NCBI GenBank assembly: GCA_964514135.1
Contig: CAZEPL010000008.1
Location: 5,701 to 69,700, forward strand
Length of the DNA stretch: 64,000 bases
Direction: 5' to 3'
Origin: an uncultured Spirochaetaceae bacterium
Lineage (GTDB): Bacteria; Spirochaetota; Spirochaetia; SZUA-6; RPPD01
In this document: positions 10,209-20,159 of the stretch, in pieces
Position numbering within the stretch: the stretch's first letter is position 1
Layout of the letters: every line of letters starts with the position of its first letter
Program-made: the position numbers and the translations under genes
The notes under the pieces: model-generated
The model's input: only the letters and a program-made list of their open reading frames with translations
Told to the model about the DNA's origin: nothing
Databases searched by the model: none

Positions 10209-11084
10209 ATGATGAAAAATCATGGATTGGTTTTATTTTTGTGTTGCCTGCTTGTTGTGGTCGGTATATGTATAGAGAGCTGCAGACCGCGCAGTGAGGA
10301 GGAAAATATTTTAGAGACCTTAGCTCAGATGAATGATTTTACTTATAAAGGAAAACCGGTACCGCGGGAGACCATTGAAGAATTAAAAAGTACAATTCTC
10401 TTGTTTGAAGAAAAAATTGAAGATGCGGTAAAAGTAACAGGCGAATTAGGGCTGTATTATAAGATGTTGGCAAAAAGATATTTGGAGATCGAAGAGCTGA
10501 AAGAAAAGATTGCAGAATTAAAGCAGCGGCAGCAGGAACAGGAGCAGGACACTCCTGAAACGGAGGGGGGGTACCGTAATATATTAATTGTAAAATACGT
10601 AAAAGAGAAAATGCTGTATAAAGCTTTGGAAAACTTACATCTGGCCATTGAAATCAATCCGGAAAACCCTATTCTGTTTTATTTGGCCGGAAACTGTGCG
10701 GCTCGTGTTGCCAAATCTATGGTGAGCGGGAATCAGCGTATTGAACGGGATCGTAATTTTTCCGAGGCTTATGCCTATTATAAACGGGCGATTGAGCTCG
10801 ACCCGGGTTATGTTGATGCACTGAAAGGACTGTCGGTCTTATTAATCTTTGAGCTCGGGCGGGCAACAGAAGCTGAAAGTTATATCCAACGTATTTTAGA
10901 AAAAGAAAAGCGCAATACCGAAGCCATGGCACTCTTAGCCAGAGTATATTTTGAACAAGACAGGTTCGAGGATGCTAAAGAGCTGTATGAGAATATTGTG
11001 GCGGAGAGTTCGGATAAAGAGATGGTGGAGGAAGCGAACAAGAATATTCAATATATAAAGGATATTGTAGGTGAGTTATACTAA
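10209..11084 (+). CDS. TPR-repeat protein with N-terminal signal peptide (probable lipoprotein)
   Basis: Hydrophobic leader with a Cys (LVVVGICIESC). Coiled-coil and TPR-like repeats (YYKRAIELDPGYVDALKGL...). Confidence 0.6.
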   Translation: MMKNHGLVLFLCCLLVVVGICIESCRPRSEEENILETLAQMNDFTYKGKPVPRETIEELKSTILLFEEKIEDAVKVTGELGLYYKMLAKRYLEIEELKEKIAELKQRQQEQEQDTPETEGGYRNILIVKYVKEKMLYKALENLHLAIEINPENPILFYLAGNCAARVAKSMVSGNQRIERDRNFSEAYAYYKRAIELDPGYVDALKGLSVLLIFELGRATEAESYIQRILEKEKRNTEAMALLARVYFEQDRFEDAKELYENIVAESSDKEMVEEANKNIQYIKDIVGELY

Positions 11085-12096
11085 CGAACTTTTATTTTTA
11101 GCCATTAACAGAGTCCCGTTTTTCAAAGCCCGCGATAAATTATTGCTGGCGGAAGTGGTTTCTTCGGTTTCTGAATTTTCAAGATTTTCTAAAGCTGATA
11201 TCAGCCGCTGTTTAGGTCGGGTAGTACGGGATGGACGGTGGGAACCCCAAGTTTATCTTAAATTCGCAGAATGTGATAGAAAATACTTGACGAAAGCACA
11301 TATTAAATACACTTTTTACAGTGAAGATAATTATCCGAAGCAGTTGAGAGAGATATACGATCCGCCGCTGGTTCTGTATTATCGGGGTAATGATTTTAAA
11401 CTAAAGCAGCCGCTTGTGGCTGTAGTGGGAACCAGAAGACCAACCGGTGATGCTCTCATGCGGGCTTATGCCTTAGGTGTGGAAATGAGCGCGTGCCATG
11501 TCGGAGTAATTTCAGGGCTGGCAAAAGGAATTGATACTGCGGTACATTCAGGCTGTGTATCTGTTGGCGGATATGGAATCGCCGTAATGGGGAACGGAAT
11601 TGATATGGTCTATCCTGCGTCGAGTAAAGGTACGGCTCATAAATTGTTAGACAGTGGAGGTACCCTGGTAAGCGAGTATCCTCCCGGAATGAGCCCGTGT
11701 AAATACCATTTTCCTGAGCGAAATCGCATAATAAGTGGTTTGGCTCAGGCTGTTGTTGTTGTGCAAGCTCCCAAAAAATCGGGAGCCCTGATAACCGCGG
11801 ATTTTGCATTGGAACAGGGTAGAGAGCTTTATATTCATAAAGTAGGTCTTAAGGATATATATGGTGAAGGTACGACCATGCTGCATGAGCAGGGAGCGGT
11901 TGCCATAGATAGTGCCTACACTGTTATAAAAGAATTAAGGGGTGGAAAGATGATGAACAGTGTGCCTAGTGATAACAGAAAGATAGATAGACATAAAACG
12001 GGTGGCAAGCCGGGTCATGAACTCGCGGATCTGCTTGAACTTGAAATCAATAAAAAAGTATCTGTTTATAACGGAGAATACTACTGGAGTGAATAG
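11071..12096 (+). CDS. dprA: DNA processing protein DprA (Smf)
   Basis: GTG start. Rossmann-like DprA core (VAVVGTRRPT...GLAKGIDTAVHSG...IAVMGNGIDMVYP). Confidence 0.88.
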   Translation: MSYTNELLFLAINRVPFFKARDKLLLAEVVSSVSEFSRFSKADISRCLGRVVRDGRWEPQVYLKFAECDRKYLTKAHIKYTFYSEDNYPKQLREIYDPPLVLYYRGNDFKLKQPLVAVVGTRRPTGDALMRAYALGVEMSACHVGVISGLAKGIDTAVHSGCVSVGGYGIAVMGNGIDMVYPASSKGTAHKLLDSGGTLVSEYPPGMSPCKYHFPERNRIISGLAQAVVVVQAPKKSGALITADFALEQGRELYIHKVGLKDIYGEGTTMLHEQGAVAIDSAYTVIKELRGGKMMNSVPSDNRKIDRHKTGGKPGHELADLLELEINKKVSVYNGEYYWSE

Positions 12097-14241
12097 ATGA
12101 AAGAGAACAAGAATATTTTATTAATAGTTGAATCACCTGCCAAAGCGCGTACCATAGAGAAGTATCTGGGTAAAGGCTATCAGGTTGAGGCTTCAATGGG
12201 ACATTTGATTGATCTGCCCAAATCACGGCTTGCAGTAGATGTTAAGCATAATTTTACTCCCGAATATATTACAGTACGCGGAAAAGCCAAGATTCTTAAA
12301 AACCTGATCCAGAAGGCCAAGCACACGGAAAAAATACTTCTTGCTTCCGATAATGACCGGGAAGGTGAGGCCATCTCATACCACATCAAAAATGCTATTT
12401 TAAAGAAGTATCCACAGCTTGAATTCGAGCGCATAGTGTTTAATGAAATCACACCATCGGCAATTCGTGAGGCAATCGGAACCTCTCGGGATATTGATCA
12501 GGACAAGGTTGCTGCCCAGAAAGCCAGACGTATTTTAGACAGGCTTGTCGGATATCATTTATCACCTATCCTTTGGGCAAAAGTTAAAAACGGACTATCT
12601 GCGGGAAGGGTGCAATCGGTAGCTTTACGTCTGCTGTGTGAAAGGGAAATAGAGGTTGAGAATTTTATTCCGGAAGAGTATTGGTCTTTACAGGTAAACC
12701 TTGAGAAAAAAAGCAAAAAAATTCTGGCACAGCTTGTAGAGTATAAAAAGCTGAAACCGGAGCTCAAGTTGCAAAAAGATGTAGAAGCGATAATCAAAGA
12801 GCTTAAAAACATTGAATTTACTGTAAAAGACATAAGACAGGTTGAAAAAGTCATAAAGCCGAAGGCTCCGTTCACCACATCCAAACTACAGCAGGCCGCA
12901 GCAACCCGATTAGGATTTACTTCACGAAAAACCATGCGCATAGCGCAGCAGCTCTATGAAGGTATAAATATCGGTAGCGAACATGTGGGATTGATTACGT
13001 ATATGCGTACCGATTCAACACGGATTGCAGGCAGTGCCCTTGGGCAGGTGCGTGATTTTATAAAGCAATATTATGCTCTGGAGCTGCCTCCGAAAGCGCT
13101 TTTTTATAGTGTAGCCAAAGGTGCAGAGGATGCTCATGAAGCTATCAGGCCTACTTATGTTGATAAGACCCCTGAATCTCTACGCTCAAGTTTAAGCAGC
13201 GAACAATTTAAACTGTATGCCATAATATGGGAGCAGTTTGTGGCGTCACAGATGAAACCGGCTAAATCTTCAACCATTTCTGTGGATTTTGAAGCCGGAG
13301 CTGCCGTGTTTAGATCCTCAAGTACAAAAATGATAGAGAAGGGTTTTCAAAAGGTTTTAAAGCAATTAGCATCAAAGGAGAAAAAAAACGTACTGCCCAA
13401 ACTTACTGTGGGTGAGAAGGTGGAATGCACCGGCTTCAAACCGGAACAGCATTTTACTTCGGGGCCTGCGCGCTATACCGATGCTTCAATTATAAAGACA
13501 CTTGAAGAAAATGGAATCGGGCGCCCCTCTACCTATGCGCCTATTATTTCAGTACTGCAGGATCGCTATTACATAGTAAGAAAGAATAAGCAGCTTGTTC
13601 CCACCACTCTGGGGAGAATTATCAATGACATTTTAATCAAATCCTTTCCTGACATTCTCAATGTGAATTTTACGGCAGAAATGGAGAGCAAGCTGGATAA
13701 AATAGAGGAGCATAGCCAGGAGTGGATAGCGATGCTCAAAGAGTTTTATCCGCCTTTTAAAATACAAGTTGATCATGTCATGGAGACATTGGAATCACTA
13801 AAGGGTGTACTGGATGAGGAAACCGATTACACTTGCGAAAAGTGCGGTAGGAAAATGATTAAAAAGCTGGGAAGATTCGGTTTTTTCCTTGCCTGCGGCG
13901 GTTTTCCCGAATGCAGAAACACAAAATCCGTACCGCTGGCCGATTGCCCTCGCGATAACTGTGATGGAAAAATTATTACACGCCGCAGACAGGGGGGAAG
14001 AGGAAGAGAATTTTACGGGTGCACCAATTATCCTGAATGTGATTTTATTTCACACTTTAAACCCATAAATCAGAGCTGTCCTAAGTGCGGCAAGTTTCTT
14101 GTTGAAAAAACCGATAAAAAGCGCGGTTCATACAAGTCATGCATTAATCCTCTGTGTAATTATTTGCATACAGCAGATGAATATGAGAATGGGAATAAAC
14201 AGTCAGCAATTTTAGATGAGGAGTCGCGTAACAGTGCTTAA
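12097..14241 (+). CDS. topA: DNA topoisomerase I with C-terminal zinc ribbons
   Basis: TOPRIM N-terminus (ILLIVESPAKARTIEKYLG). Active-site region. Three C4 zinc-ribbon repeats (CEKCGRKM..., CPRDNCDGK..., CPKCGKF...). Confidence 0.96.
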   Translation: MKENKNILLIVESPAKARTIEKYLGKGYQVEASMGHLIDLPKSRLAVDVKHNFTPEYITVRGKAKILKNLIQKAKHTEKILLASDNDREGEAISYHIKNAILKKYPQLEFERIVFNEITPSAIREAIGTSRDIDQDKVAAQKARRILDRLVGYHLSPILWAKVKNGLSAGRVQSVALRLLCEREIEVENFIPEEYWSLQVNLEKKSKKILAQLVEYKKLKPELKLQKDVEAIIKELKNIEFTVKDIRQVEKVIKPKAPFTTSKLQQAAATRLGFTSRKTMRIAQQLYEGINIGSEHVGLITYMRTDSTRIAGSALGQVRDFIKQYYALELPPKALFYSVAKGAEDAHEAIRPTYVDKTPESLRSSLSSEQFKLYAIIWEQFVASQMKPAKSSTISVDFEAGAAVFRSSSTKMIEKGFQKVLKQLASKEKKNVLPKLTVGEKVECTGFKPEQHFTSGPARYTDASIIKTLEENGIGRPSTYAPIISVLQDRYYIVRKNKQLVPTTLGRIINDILIKSFPDILNVNFTAEMESKLDKIEEHSQEWIAMLKEFYPPFKIQVDHVMETLESLKGVLDEETDYTCEKCGRKMIKKLGRFGFFLACGGFPECRNTKSVPLADCPRDNCDGKIITRRRQGGRGREFYGCTNYPECDFISHFKPINQSCPKCGKFLVEKTDKKRGSYKSCINPLCNYLHTADEYENGNKQSAILDEESRNSA

Positions 14242-15145
14242 AAAATATTTCGAGTACTTAAAGAGTGTAAGAAAGCTTTCTTTTAATACGATAAACTCAT
14301 ATAAACGAGATTTGGCACTGTTTATGGATTTCTTAAGTGACAATAAATGCAAAGAGGATGAGCTCAGTATGGGGCAGGTCCGAGCTTTTATTACTCTGCT
14401 ATCCAAAAAAAATCTTTCATCTCGATCTATTAACAGGACTATTTCTTCAATTAGAAGTTATTATAGATTTATGCAGCGTTATGAATTCTGTAATGCGAAT
14501 CCGTTTAAAGATATTAAATGCTTAAGGGTGGATAAATGGCTTCCTGTGTTTTTATTCGAAGAAGAGGTTCTTGAATTTTTAAACATACCTACACATGATT
14601 TTTTTAGCCTAAGAGATAAGTTGATTTTTGAATTTCTCTATTCAACAGGTTGCCGGGTCTCGGAAGTTGTCAGTTTGGATGTGATGGATATTAACCTGAA
14701 AGACCACTGTGTAAGAGTAAGGGGCAAGGGAAATAAGGAGCGTATAGTATATATTGGAAAAATGGCGCATAAAATCCTTATTGAATATATAAAGCGGCGC
14801 TCACATCATATACATAAAAATAGCATATCGGGAACTAATGCCCTTTTTATAAATAAAAGGGGTTTTCGCTTAAGTGCCAGAGGAATACGCTATGTGGTGT
14901 ACAAATATTTAAAACAAAGCGCCTGTCAAAAGAAGGTGAGTCCTCATACCTTCCGGCACACCTTTGCAACTCACCTGCTTAACCGGGGAGCTGATATCAG
15001 AGTTGTCCAGGAATTGTTGGGACACGCAAGCCTTTCGACCACGCAAGTGTATACTCATGTTGGTGTCGAGAAGCTGAAATCAATTTATCGCGAGAGTCAT
15101 CCTCATGCAAAGATGAAAAGTCAAGAAACGCAAGGAGAGAAATAA
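14216..15145 (+). CDS. xerD: Tyrosine site-specific recombinase XerD/CodV family
   Basis: RHTFATHLL...[15 protein letters not shown] catalytic motifs. Sits where B. subtilis has codV, after topA and before hslV. The start may be the GTG at 14234. Confidence 0.85.
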   Translation: MRSRVTVLKKYFEYLKSVRKLSFNTINSYKRDLALFMDFLSDNKCKEDELSMGQVRAFITLLSKKNLSSRSINRTISSIRSYYRFMQRYEFCNANPFKDIKCLRVDKWLPVFLFEEEVLEFLNIPTHDFFSLRDKLIFEFLYSTGCRVSEVVSLDVMDINLKDHCVRVRGKGNKERIVYIGKMAHKILIEYIKRRSHHIHKNSISGTNALFINKRGFRLSARGIRYVVYKYLKQSACQKKVSPHTFRHTFATHLLNRGADIRVVQELLGHASLSTTQVYTHVGVEKLKSIYRESHPHAKMKSQETQGEK

Positions 15146-15147
15146 AC

Positions 15148-15681
15148 ATGGAACAGTTTCGTGGTACAACAATCCTCGCCGTACTCAAAGACGGTAAACT
15201 GGCGATCGGAGGAGATGGTCAGGTTACCTTAGCAAATACCGTAATGAAGGCCAATGCCCGGAAGGTACGCACCATTTATGAAGGGAAGATTCTGGTAGGC
15301 TTCGCTGGAGCCACGGCAGATGCTTTTACACTCTTTGAGCGCTTTGAAGTCAAAGTAAAGGAGTACGCGGGTGATCTTGCCCGTGCGGCCGTAGAGCTGG
15401 CCAAAGACTGGAGAACCGACAGGGTATTACGAAGATTGGAAGCTATGCTCTTGGTAGGCGATAACAAGAAAATACTCTTAATCTCAGGCACGGGCGATGT
15501 GGTTGAGCCTGAACTAGGAGTGGTTGGAATCGGCTCCGGCGGCAACTATGCCTATGCTGCAGCCTTAGCATATCTTGATTCTGCAAAACTGTCTGCAAAA
15601 GAAATTGTTGAAAAATCATTGAAAATCGCAGCTAGAATATGTATTTATACTAATGAAACAATTATGGTGGAGGAATTATAA
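15148..15681 (+). CDS. hslV: ATP-dependent protease subunit HslV (ClpQ)
   Basis: N-terminal TTIL after Met-Glu-Gln-Phe-Arg-Gly (Thr nucleophile). GGDGQ motif. Confidence 0.93.
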   Translation: MEQFRGTTILAVLKDGKLAIGGDGQVTLANTVMKANARKVRTIYEGKILVGFAGATADAFTLFERFEVKVKEYAGDLARAAVELAKDWRTDRVLRRLEAMLLVGDNKKILLISGTGDVVEPELGVVGIGSGGNYAYAAALAYLDSAKLSAKEIVEKSLKIAARICIYTNETIMVEEL

Positions 15682-17060
15682 TGCAGATTGATACAGACAA
15701 GCTCACACCCAAAGAAATAGTGGCCGCATTAGATAAATATATTATCGGACAGGAAAAAGCAAAGCGGGCCGTGGCTATTGCACTTCGCAATAGATACCGC
15801 CGCACTAAACTGCCGGAAGAACTCAAAGACGAAGTGGCTCCTAAAAATATTATTATGATCGGCCCCACAGGTGTGGGAAAAACCGAAATTGCCCGTAGGC
15901 TTTCCAAGCTGACCGGTGCGCCGTTTATTAAGGTTGAGGCAACAAAATATACGGAAATAGGTTATGTGGGCCGGGATGTGGAATCAATGGTCAGAGATCT
16001 GGTTTCGGTGGCCATATCCATGGTGAAAGCGGAATTTCAAGAAAAGGTGGAAGAAGAAGCGGAAAAGCGGGCTGAAGAAGCTCTGCTGGATTTACTTTTA
16101 CCGGGGATGAATAAACCTGTAATCAAACCCGGAAAACAGCTTAACGCACCGGCGGAAACCGCTCCTGATCAGGGAATACAGTCCACAACACGCGAAAAAT
16201 TTAGAGAAAAATTACATAACGGTGAACTTGACGAAAAATTAGTGGAAGTAAACATAACTAAACAGGCTTTTCCCTCGGTAGAGATTTTTTCCGGTACAAG
16301 TTTTGAAGAGATGGGCATTAATATAGGTGGAAATCTTTCCAACCTGCTTGGTGGAGGAAAAAAGAAAAAACGGGTTACAGTCAAGCAGGCCAGGGAGATT
16401 CTTTTAGCAGAGGAAAGAGATAAGCTCATAGATATGGACAGGGTGTCCGAGATAGCTAAGGAGCGCACGGAACAGATGGGAATTATCTTTATCGATGAGC
16501 TGGATAAGATTGCCTCAAGCCATAGTAAAATCGGTGTTGATGTGTCGCGCGAAGGAGTACAGCGCGATATTCTGCCCATTGTTGAGGGATCCCAAGTGAA
16601 CACACGCTACGGCATCATCGATACTGCGCATATTCTCTTTATCGCGGCAGGCGCTTTCCATATGAGCAAACCCTCGGATCTGATACCCGAACTGCAGGGA
16701 CGGTTTCCGTTACGGGTGGAATTGAATGCCTTAACGAGCGAAGATTTTATTAAAATACTCACCCAGCCTAAAAATGCGCTTATTAAGCAGTATGTAGAAT
16801 TATTAAAAACGGAAGATGTCATACTGGAATTTAAAGCTGAAGCAATAGAACGGATTTCGGAGATCGCAACCGAGGTTAATACCAAAACGGAAAATATCGG
16901 TGCGCGGAGACTGCACACTATATTGGAAAATTTATTAGAGGAGGTTTCTTTTCACGCACCCGATTTAAAGGGCCAGACAATTAATATTACGAAAAAATAT
17001 GTAAATGACAAATTGAATGCTATTATCGAGGATCGAGATGTTACCCGGTATATACTGTAA
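15681..17060 (+). CDS. hslU: ATP-dependent protease ATPase subunit HslU (ClpY)
   Basis: Walker A (GPTGVGKTEIARRLS), intermediate I-domain, Walker B (IIFIDELDKIA). Confidence 0.95.
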   Translation: MQIDTDKLTPKEIVAALDKYIIGQEKAKRAVAIALRNRYRRTKLPEELKDEVAPKNIIMIGPTGVGKTEIARRLSKLTGAPFIKVEATKYTEIGYVGRDVESMVRDLVSVAISMVKAEFQEKVEEEAEKRAEEALLDLLLPGMNKPVIKPGKQLNAPAETAPDQGIQSTTREKFREKLHNGELDEKLVEVNITKQAFPSVEIFSGTSFEEMGINIGGNLSNLLGGGKKKKRVTVKQAREILLAEERDKLIDMDRVSEIAKERTEQMGIIFIDELDKIASSHSKIGVDVSREGVQRDILPIVEGSQVNTRYGIIDTAHILFIAAGAFHMSKPSDLIPELQGRFPLRVELNALTSEDFIKILTQPKNALIKQYVELLKTEDVILEFKAEAIERISEIATEVNTKTENIGARRLHTILENLLEEVSFHAPDLKGQTINITKKYVNDKLNAIIEDRDVTRYIL

Positions 17061-17078
17061 AGGTATTGTTAATTAAGC

Positions 17079-17106
17079 CTAATTTTTGGAAATAGTGTTC
17101 CGACAA
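17079..17106 (+). promoter_or_regulatory. Candidate sigma-28 (FliA)-type promoter upstream of flgB (cTAAt-N15-TCCGACAA)
   Basis: TCCGACAA at 17099-17106, preceded at 15 nt by TAAT. A near-identical TCCGACCA element sits upstream of flaB. CCGA is the core of the sigma-D/sigma-28 -10 consensus GCCGATAT. Confidence 0.3.
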
Positions 17107-17125
17107 TTGTAGGTAAGAAGAAAGA

Positions 17126-17551
17126 TTGGTTATGTATTATACTAATGCTTTTGAAAAGAATTTAAGTATTCTCCAAAGAGGTATGGACGTCTCGCTGTTA
17201 CGCTACAATGTCATCGCCAATAATATTGCCAACTCCGAAACTCCAAACTTCAAGCGGTCGGTGGTGAACTTTGAGGCACAGCTCAAGCGCGCACTTGATG
17301 CGGAAAAAATAAAACCGTCGTTTCCCGGCAGGTTGAGATATAAGCGCGGGGTTTCATTCTTTACGGAGAGAAAGTACAGCGATGTAAAACCCAAAGTTGT
17401 GTTGGATTATCTGACTACCGCTAAAAATAACGGAAATAACGTTGATATTGACGTAGAGATGATGAATGCGGTTTCCACTCAGCTGCAGTATCAGACTATG
17501 CTGCATGCGGTGAATAATGAATTTGTACGTTTAAACCTTGTACTGCGATAG
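17126..17551 (+). CDS. flgB: Flagellar basal-body rod protein FlgB
   Basis: Rod-protein N-terminal motif (SLLRYNVIANNIANSETPNFKR). Confidence 0.9.
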   Translation: MVMYYTNAFEKNLSILQRGMDVSLLRYNVIANNIANSETPNFKRSVVNFEAQLKRALDAEKIKPSFPGRLRYKRGVSFFTERKYSDVKPKVVLDYLTTAKNNGNNVDIDVEMMNAVSTQLQYQTMLHAVNNEFVRLNLVLR

Positions 17552-17566
17552 GAGATTTAAGAATAA

Positions 17567-18025
17567 ATGGGTATGTATACAACATTGAATACAGCATCGT
17601 CCGGTCTCACAGCTCAGAGATTGCGGCTGGACACGATTGCCGATAATCTGGCTAATATCGATACCACACGCACAACAGAAGGTGGGGCTTACAGACGCAG
17701 CAGGGTGGTGTTTAGGCCGCGGGTAACGCAGCCGTATTGGAGAAGTCCGTTCCTGCCCAAATATTTGGAGAATCAAATTGGGAAAGGTGTGCGTGTAGTA
17801 AAAATTGAAAAAGATTATATGTCAAAAACACGATGGGTATATGATCCCACTCATCCGGATGCTCTTAAAACCGGACCGCAGCAAGGGTATGTGGAATATC
17901 CGAATGTCAATGTGGTCTCAGAGATGGTGGATATGATCTCTGCATCACGGTCGTATGAAGCTAATGTTACAATAATAAATGGGGCTAAAAGTATGTTCCT
18001 TAAAGCCCTGGAGATAGGGAGGTAA
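17567..18025 (+). CDS. flgC: Flagellar basal-body rod protein FlgC
   Basis: ASSGLTAQRLRLDTIADNLANIDTTRT N-terminus and conserved C-terminal segment. Confidence 0.92.
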   Translation: MGMYTTLNTASSGLTAQRLRLDTIADNLANIDTTRTTEGGAYRRSRVVFRPRVTQPYWRSPFLPKYLENQIGKGVRVVKIEKDYMSKTRWVYDPTHPDALKTGPQQGYVEYPNVNVVSEMVDMISASRSYEANVTIINGAKSMFLKALEIGR

Positions 18026-18028
18026 TAG

Positions 18029-18370
18029 ATGCCTGGCTTTTATAACACATTTACATCCGGTCTTTTCAGACACAAAACAGGGCCTGTAGAGGTGCAGCCC
18101 AAGTACTTTGAACGGTTGAAGTTTAAAAAAATGAAAGAGCAGCCAAAAGGCCTAGGATTCGGAGAAATGCTGGCCGGTGCTTTAAACGGAGTCAACGACA
18201 CGCAGATGAACGCTTACAGGCTGACCGAGCAGTTTATGACCGAGCCGGGATCTGTTGATGTACACGATGTAACTCTGGGCACAGCAAAGGCCAATCTGTC
18301 GCTTTCTATTACCAAAGCCTTATTTGACAGGGCACTGCGGGCGTATAAAGAAATTATTAATATGCGATAA
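18029..18370 (+). CDS. fliE: Flagellar hook-basal body protein FliE
   Basis: FGEMLAGALNGVNDTQ...VDVHDVTLGTAKANLSLSITKALFDRALRAYKEI, typical of FliE. Confidence 0.88.
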   Translation: MPGFYNTFTSGLFRHKTGPVEVQPKYFERLKFKKMKEQPKGLGFGEMLAGALNGVNDTQMNAYRLTEQFMTEPGSVDVHDVTLGTAKANLSLSITKALFDRALRAYKEIINMR

Positions 18371-18436
18371 AAAAAGTGGATGATTGATGCGAAGTTTAGC
18401 ATCAAATAAATATTACGTTCATTAAAGGGGGGGGAG

Positions 18437-20155
18437 ATGAACGAATGGCTTAAAAAAATCATAGAGCAGATAAAGACGCTTTGGAAAAAGTGGTCAATCA
18501 ATCAAAAAATAATCATCTTGGCTGTTACGGGTGTGTCTATAGTTGCACTGATATTATTATTTACATTAAGTGCGGCACCGTCACGGCCACCGTTATTCAG
18601 AAGTCCGATCACAGATGAAAATCAACTTATACGTATCACAAACCGTTTAGACGAAGAAGGTGTGAACTACACGGTGGAGGATAATATTATCTACATGCGG
18701 GATGAAAAAACCGCAATGCGGATGAGGAGCGTACTCATTCGCGAAGATCTGGTACCGGATTATGTGGATCCCTGGGATGTATTCGACACCGACAGCTGGA
18801 CGATTACCGACTATGTACGTGATAAGAATTTTAAACGTGCCATAGAAGCTAAACTGAGACAACACATAGTAGCTTTAGATGATGTGGATTCGGTAAGCCT
18901 GAATCTATTTATACCGGATAAAGAGCTGCTGGAGGAAGACCAGGATCCCATAACATGTTCCGTTATTATCACTCCAAAGCCCGGTTCGGATATCACAACC
19001 AACAGAAGAAAGATTGAAGGTATCGAGAAACTCATAATGTTTGCCGTCTCCGGACTGCAAAAGGAAAATATCTTCATAACGGATGAGATCAGCGGAGTAC
19101 ATTTAAACGATTTCGATTCTGATATTGTGAAAGAAGGAGAAAGACTGGAGATTGCCAAAAAAGAATTAAAAATCAAGGCTGATGAAGAAAAAAAGATGAA
19201 GGCGGAAATCTACAAAGAATTGAGTAAAATATTTACACCGGATAGAATCCGTATCGTTCGTATAGACATCGATCTCGATATGAGCAAGAAAACTACGGAA
19301 ACCGAGGAATACTTTCCCATAGAAATGAGGCCGGATAATCCTAAAACACCATGGGATGAGACGGAATATGAGCCATCTATTACCAGAACAAAGGCCACTG
19401 AAAACGAATCATTCAAAGGCACAGGCTTTAATCCCGAAGGCCCTCCGGGTACCGAGGGACAGGTGCCGCCTGCTTTTAAGGATCTTTCCAGTCTGCAGGG
19501 TACTTACGATCGAAGTGTGGAAGAGTTAGAAAATGCGATTAATTCACGTACAATTAAGATGCAGGATAGGCCGTGGGTTATTAAACGTCTTACACTGGGT
19601 GTGGCGGTTGACGGGCGCTGGAAAAAGCTGCGTGATGAAGTGTCGGGTGAACTGCTGTTTAATCCGGACGGCAGCTTGCAGAGAGAATATATAGCTGTAT
19701 CCGACGAAGAAATAGCCACTGCTACAAAAATTATCGAAGGCGCCGTGGGTTATAAACGAGAGCGCGGTGATATTGTAACCGTAGAGCATATGCAATTTGA
19801 CAAGACAGCCATGTTTTTGGTTGAAGATGAACAGTATCGCGGTCAGAGGGCATTGCAGAGAGTTGTTTTTTGGATCATAATAGGTATAGGGCTTATCTTT
19901 GTAGCGATAATTGCCTTTAGAATACTTTCGAGGTATCTTGAAAGAAGAAGGCGTTTAAAAGAAGAAGAGCTCGCACGTCAGCACCAGGCTATGCGTGAGG
20001 CAGCCTTACGCAGCGCCGAGGAGAAGGGTGTTGAAGTTGAGCTCTCGGTGGAAGAGCGGGCACGTCTGGAGATGCAGGAGAATGCCATTAATATGGCACG
20101 CGAGCATCCGGAGGATGTTGCTCAGCTTATAAGATCATGGTTATTGGAGGAATAG
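18437..20155 (+). CDS. fliF: Flagellar MS-ring protein FliF
   Basis: 572 aa. N-terminal TM helix, periplasmic ring-building domains, second TM helix (VVFWIIIGIGLIFVAIIAF), charged C-terminus. Confidence 0.92.
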   Translation: MNEWLKKIIEQIKTLWKKWSINQKIIILAVTGVSIVALILLFTLSAAPSRPPLFRSPITDENQLIRITNRLDEEGVNYTVEDNIIYMRDEKTAMRMRSVLIREDLVPDYVDPWDVFDTDSWTITDYVRDKNFKRAIEAKLRQHIVALDDVDSVSLNLFIPDKELLEEDQDPITCSVIITPKPGSDITTNRRKIEGIEKLIMFAVSGLQKENIFITDEISGVHLNDFDSDIVKEGERLEIAKKELKIKADEEKKMKAEIYKELSKIFTPDRIRIVRIDIDLDMSKKTTETEEYFPIEMRPDNPKTPWDETEYEPSITRTKATENESFKGTGFNPEGPPGTEGQVPPAFKDLSSLQGTYDRSVEELENAINSRTIKMQDRPWVIKRLTLGVAVDGRWKKLRDEVSGELLFNPDGSLQREYIAVSDEEIATATKIIEGAVGYKRERGDIVTVEHMQFDKTAMFLVEDEQYRGQRALQRVVFWIIIGIGLIFVAIIAFRILSRYLERRRRLKEEELARQHQAMREAALRSAEEKGVEVELSVEERARLEMQENAINMAREHPEDVAQLIRSWLLEE

Positions 20156-20159
20156 AACC

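Noticed and set aside
9276-15145. Two tyrosine recombinases, considered as integrases of a mobile element or prophage
   Set aside because: No adjacent tRNA, direct repeats, phage or transposon genes. They sit in conserved housekeeping contexts (after ftsZ, and in the codV slot between topA and hslV). Interpreted as XerC/XerD-type chromosome dimer resolvases.
16169-16918. 144-aa and 103-aa minus-strand ORFs within hslU
   Set aside because: Antisense to a highly conserved AAA+ gene. Ser/Leu-rich junk translation.
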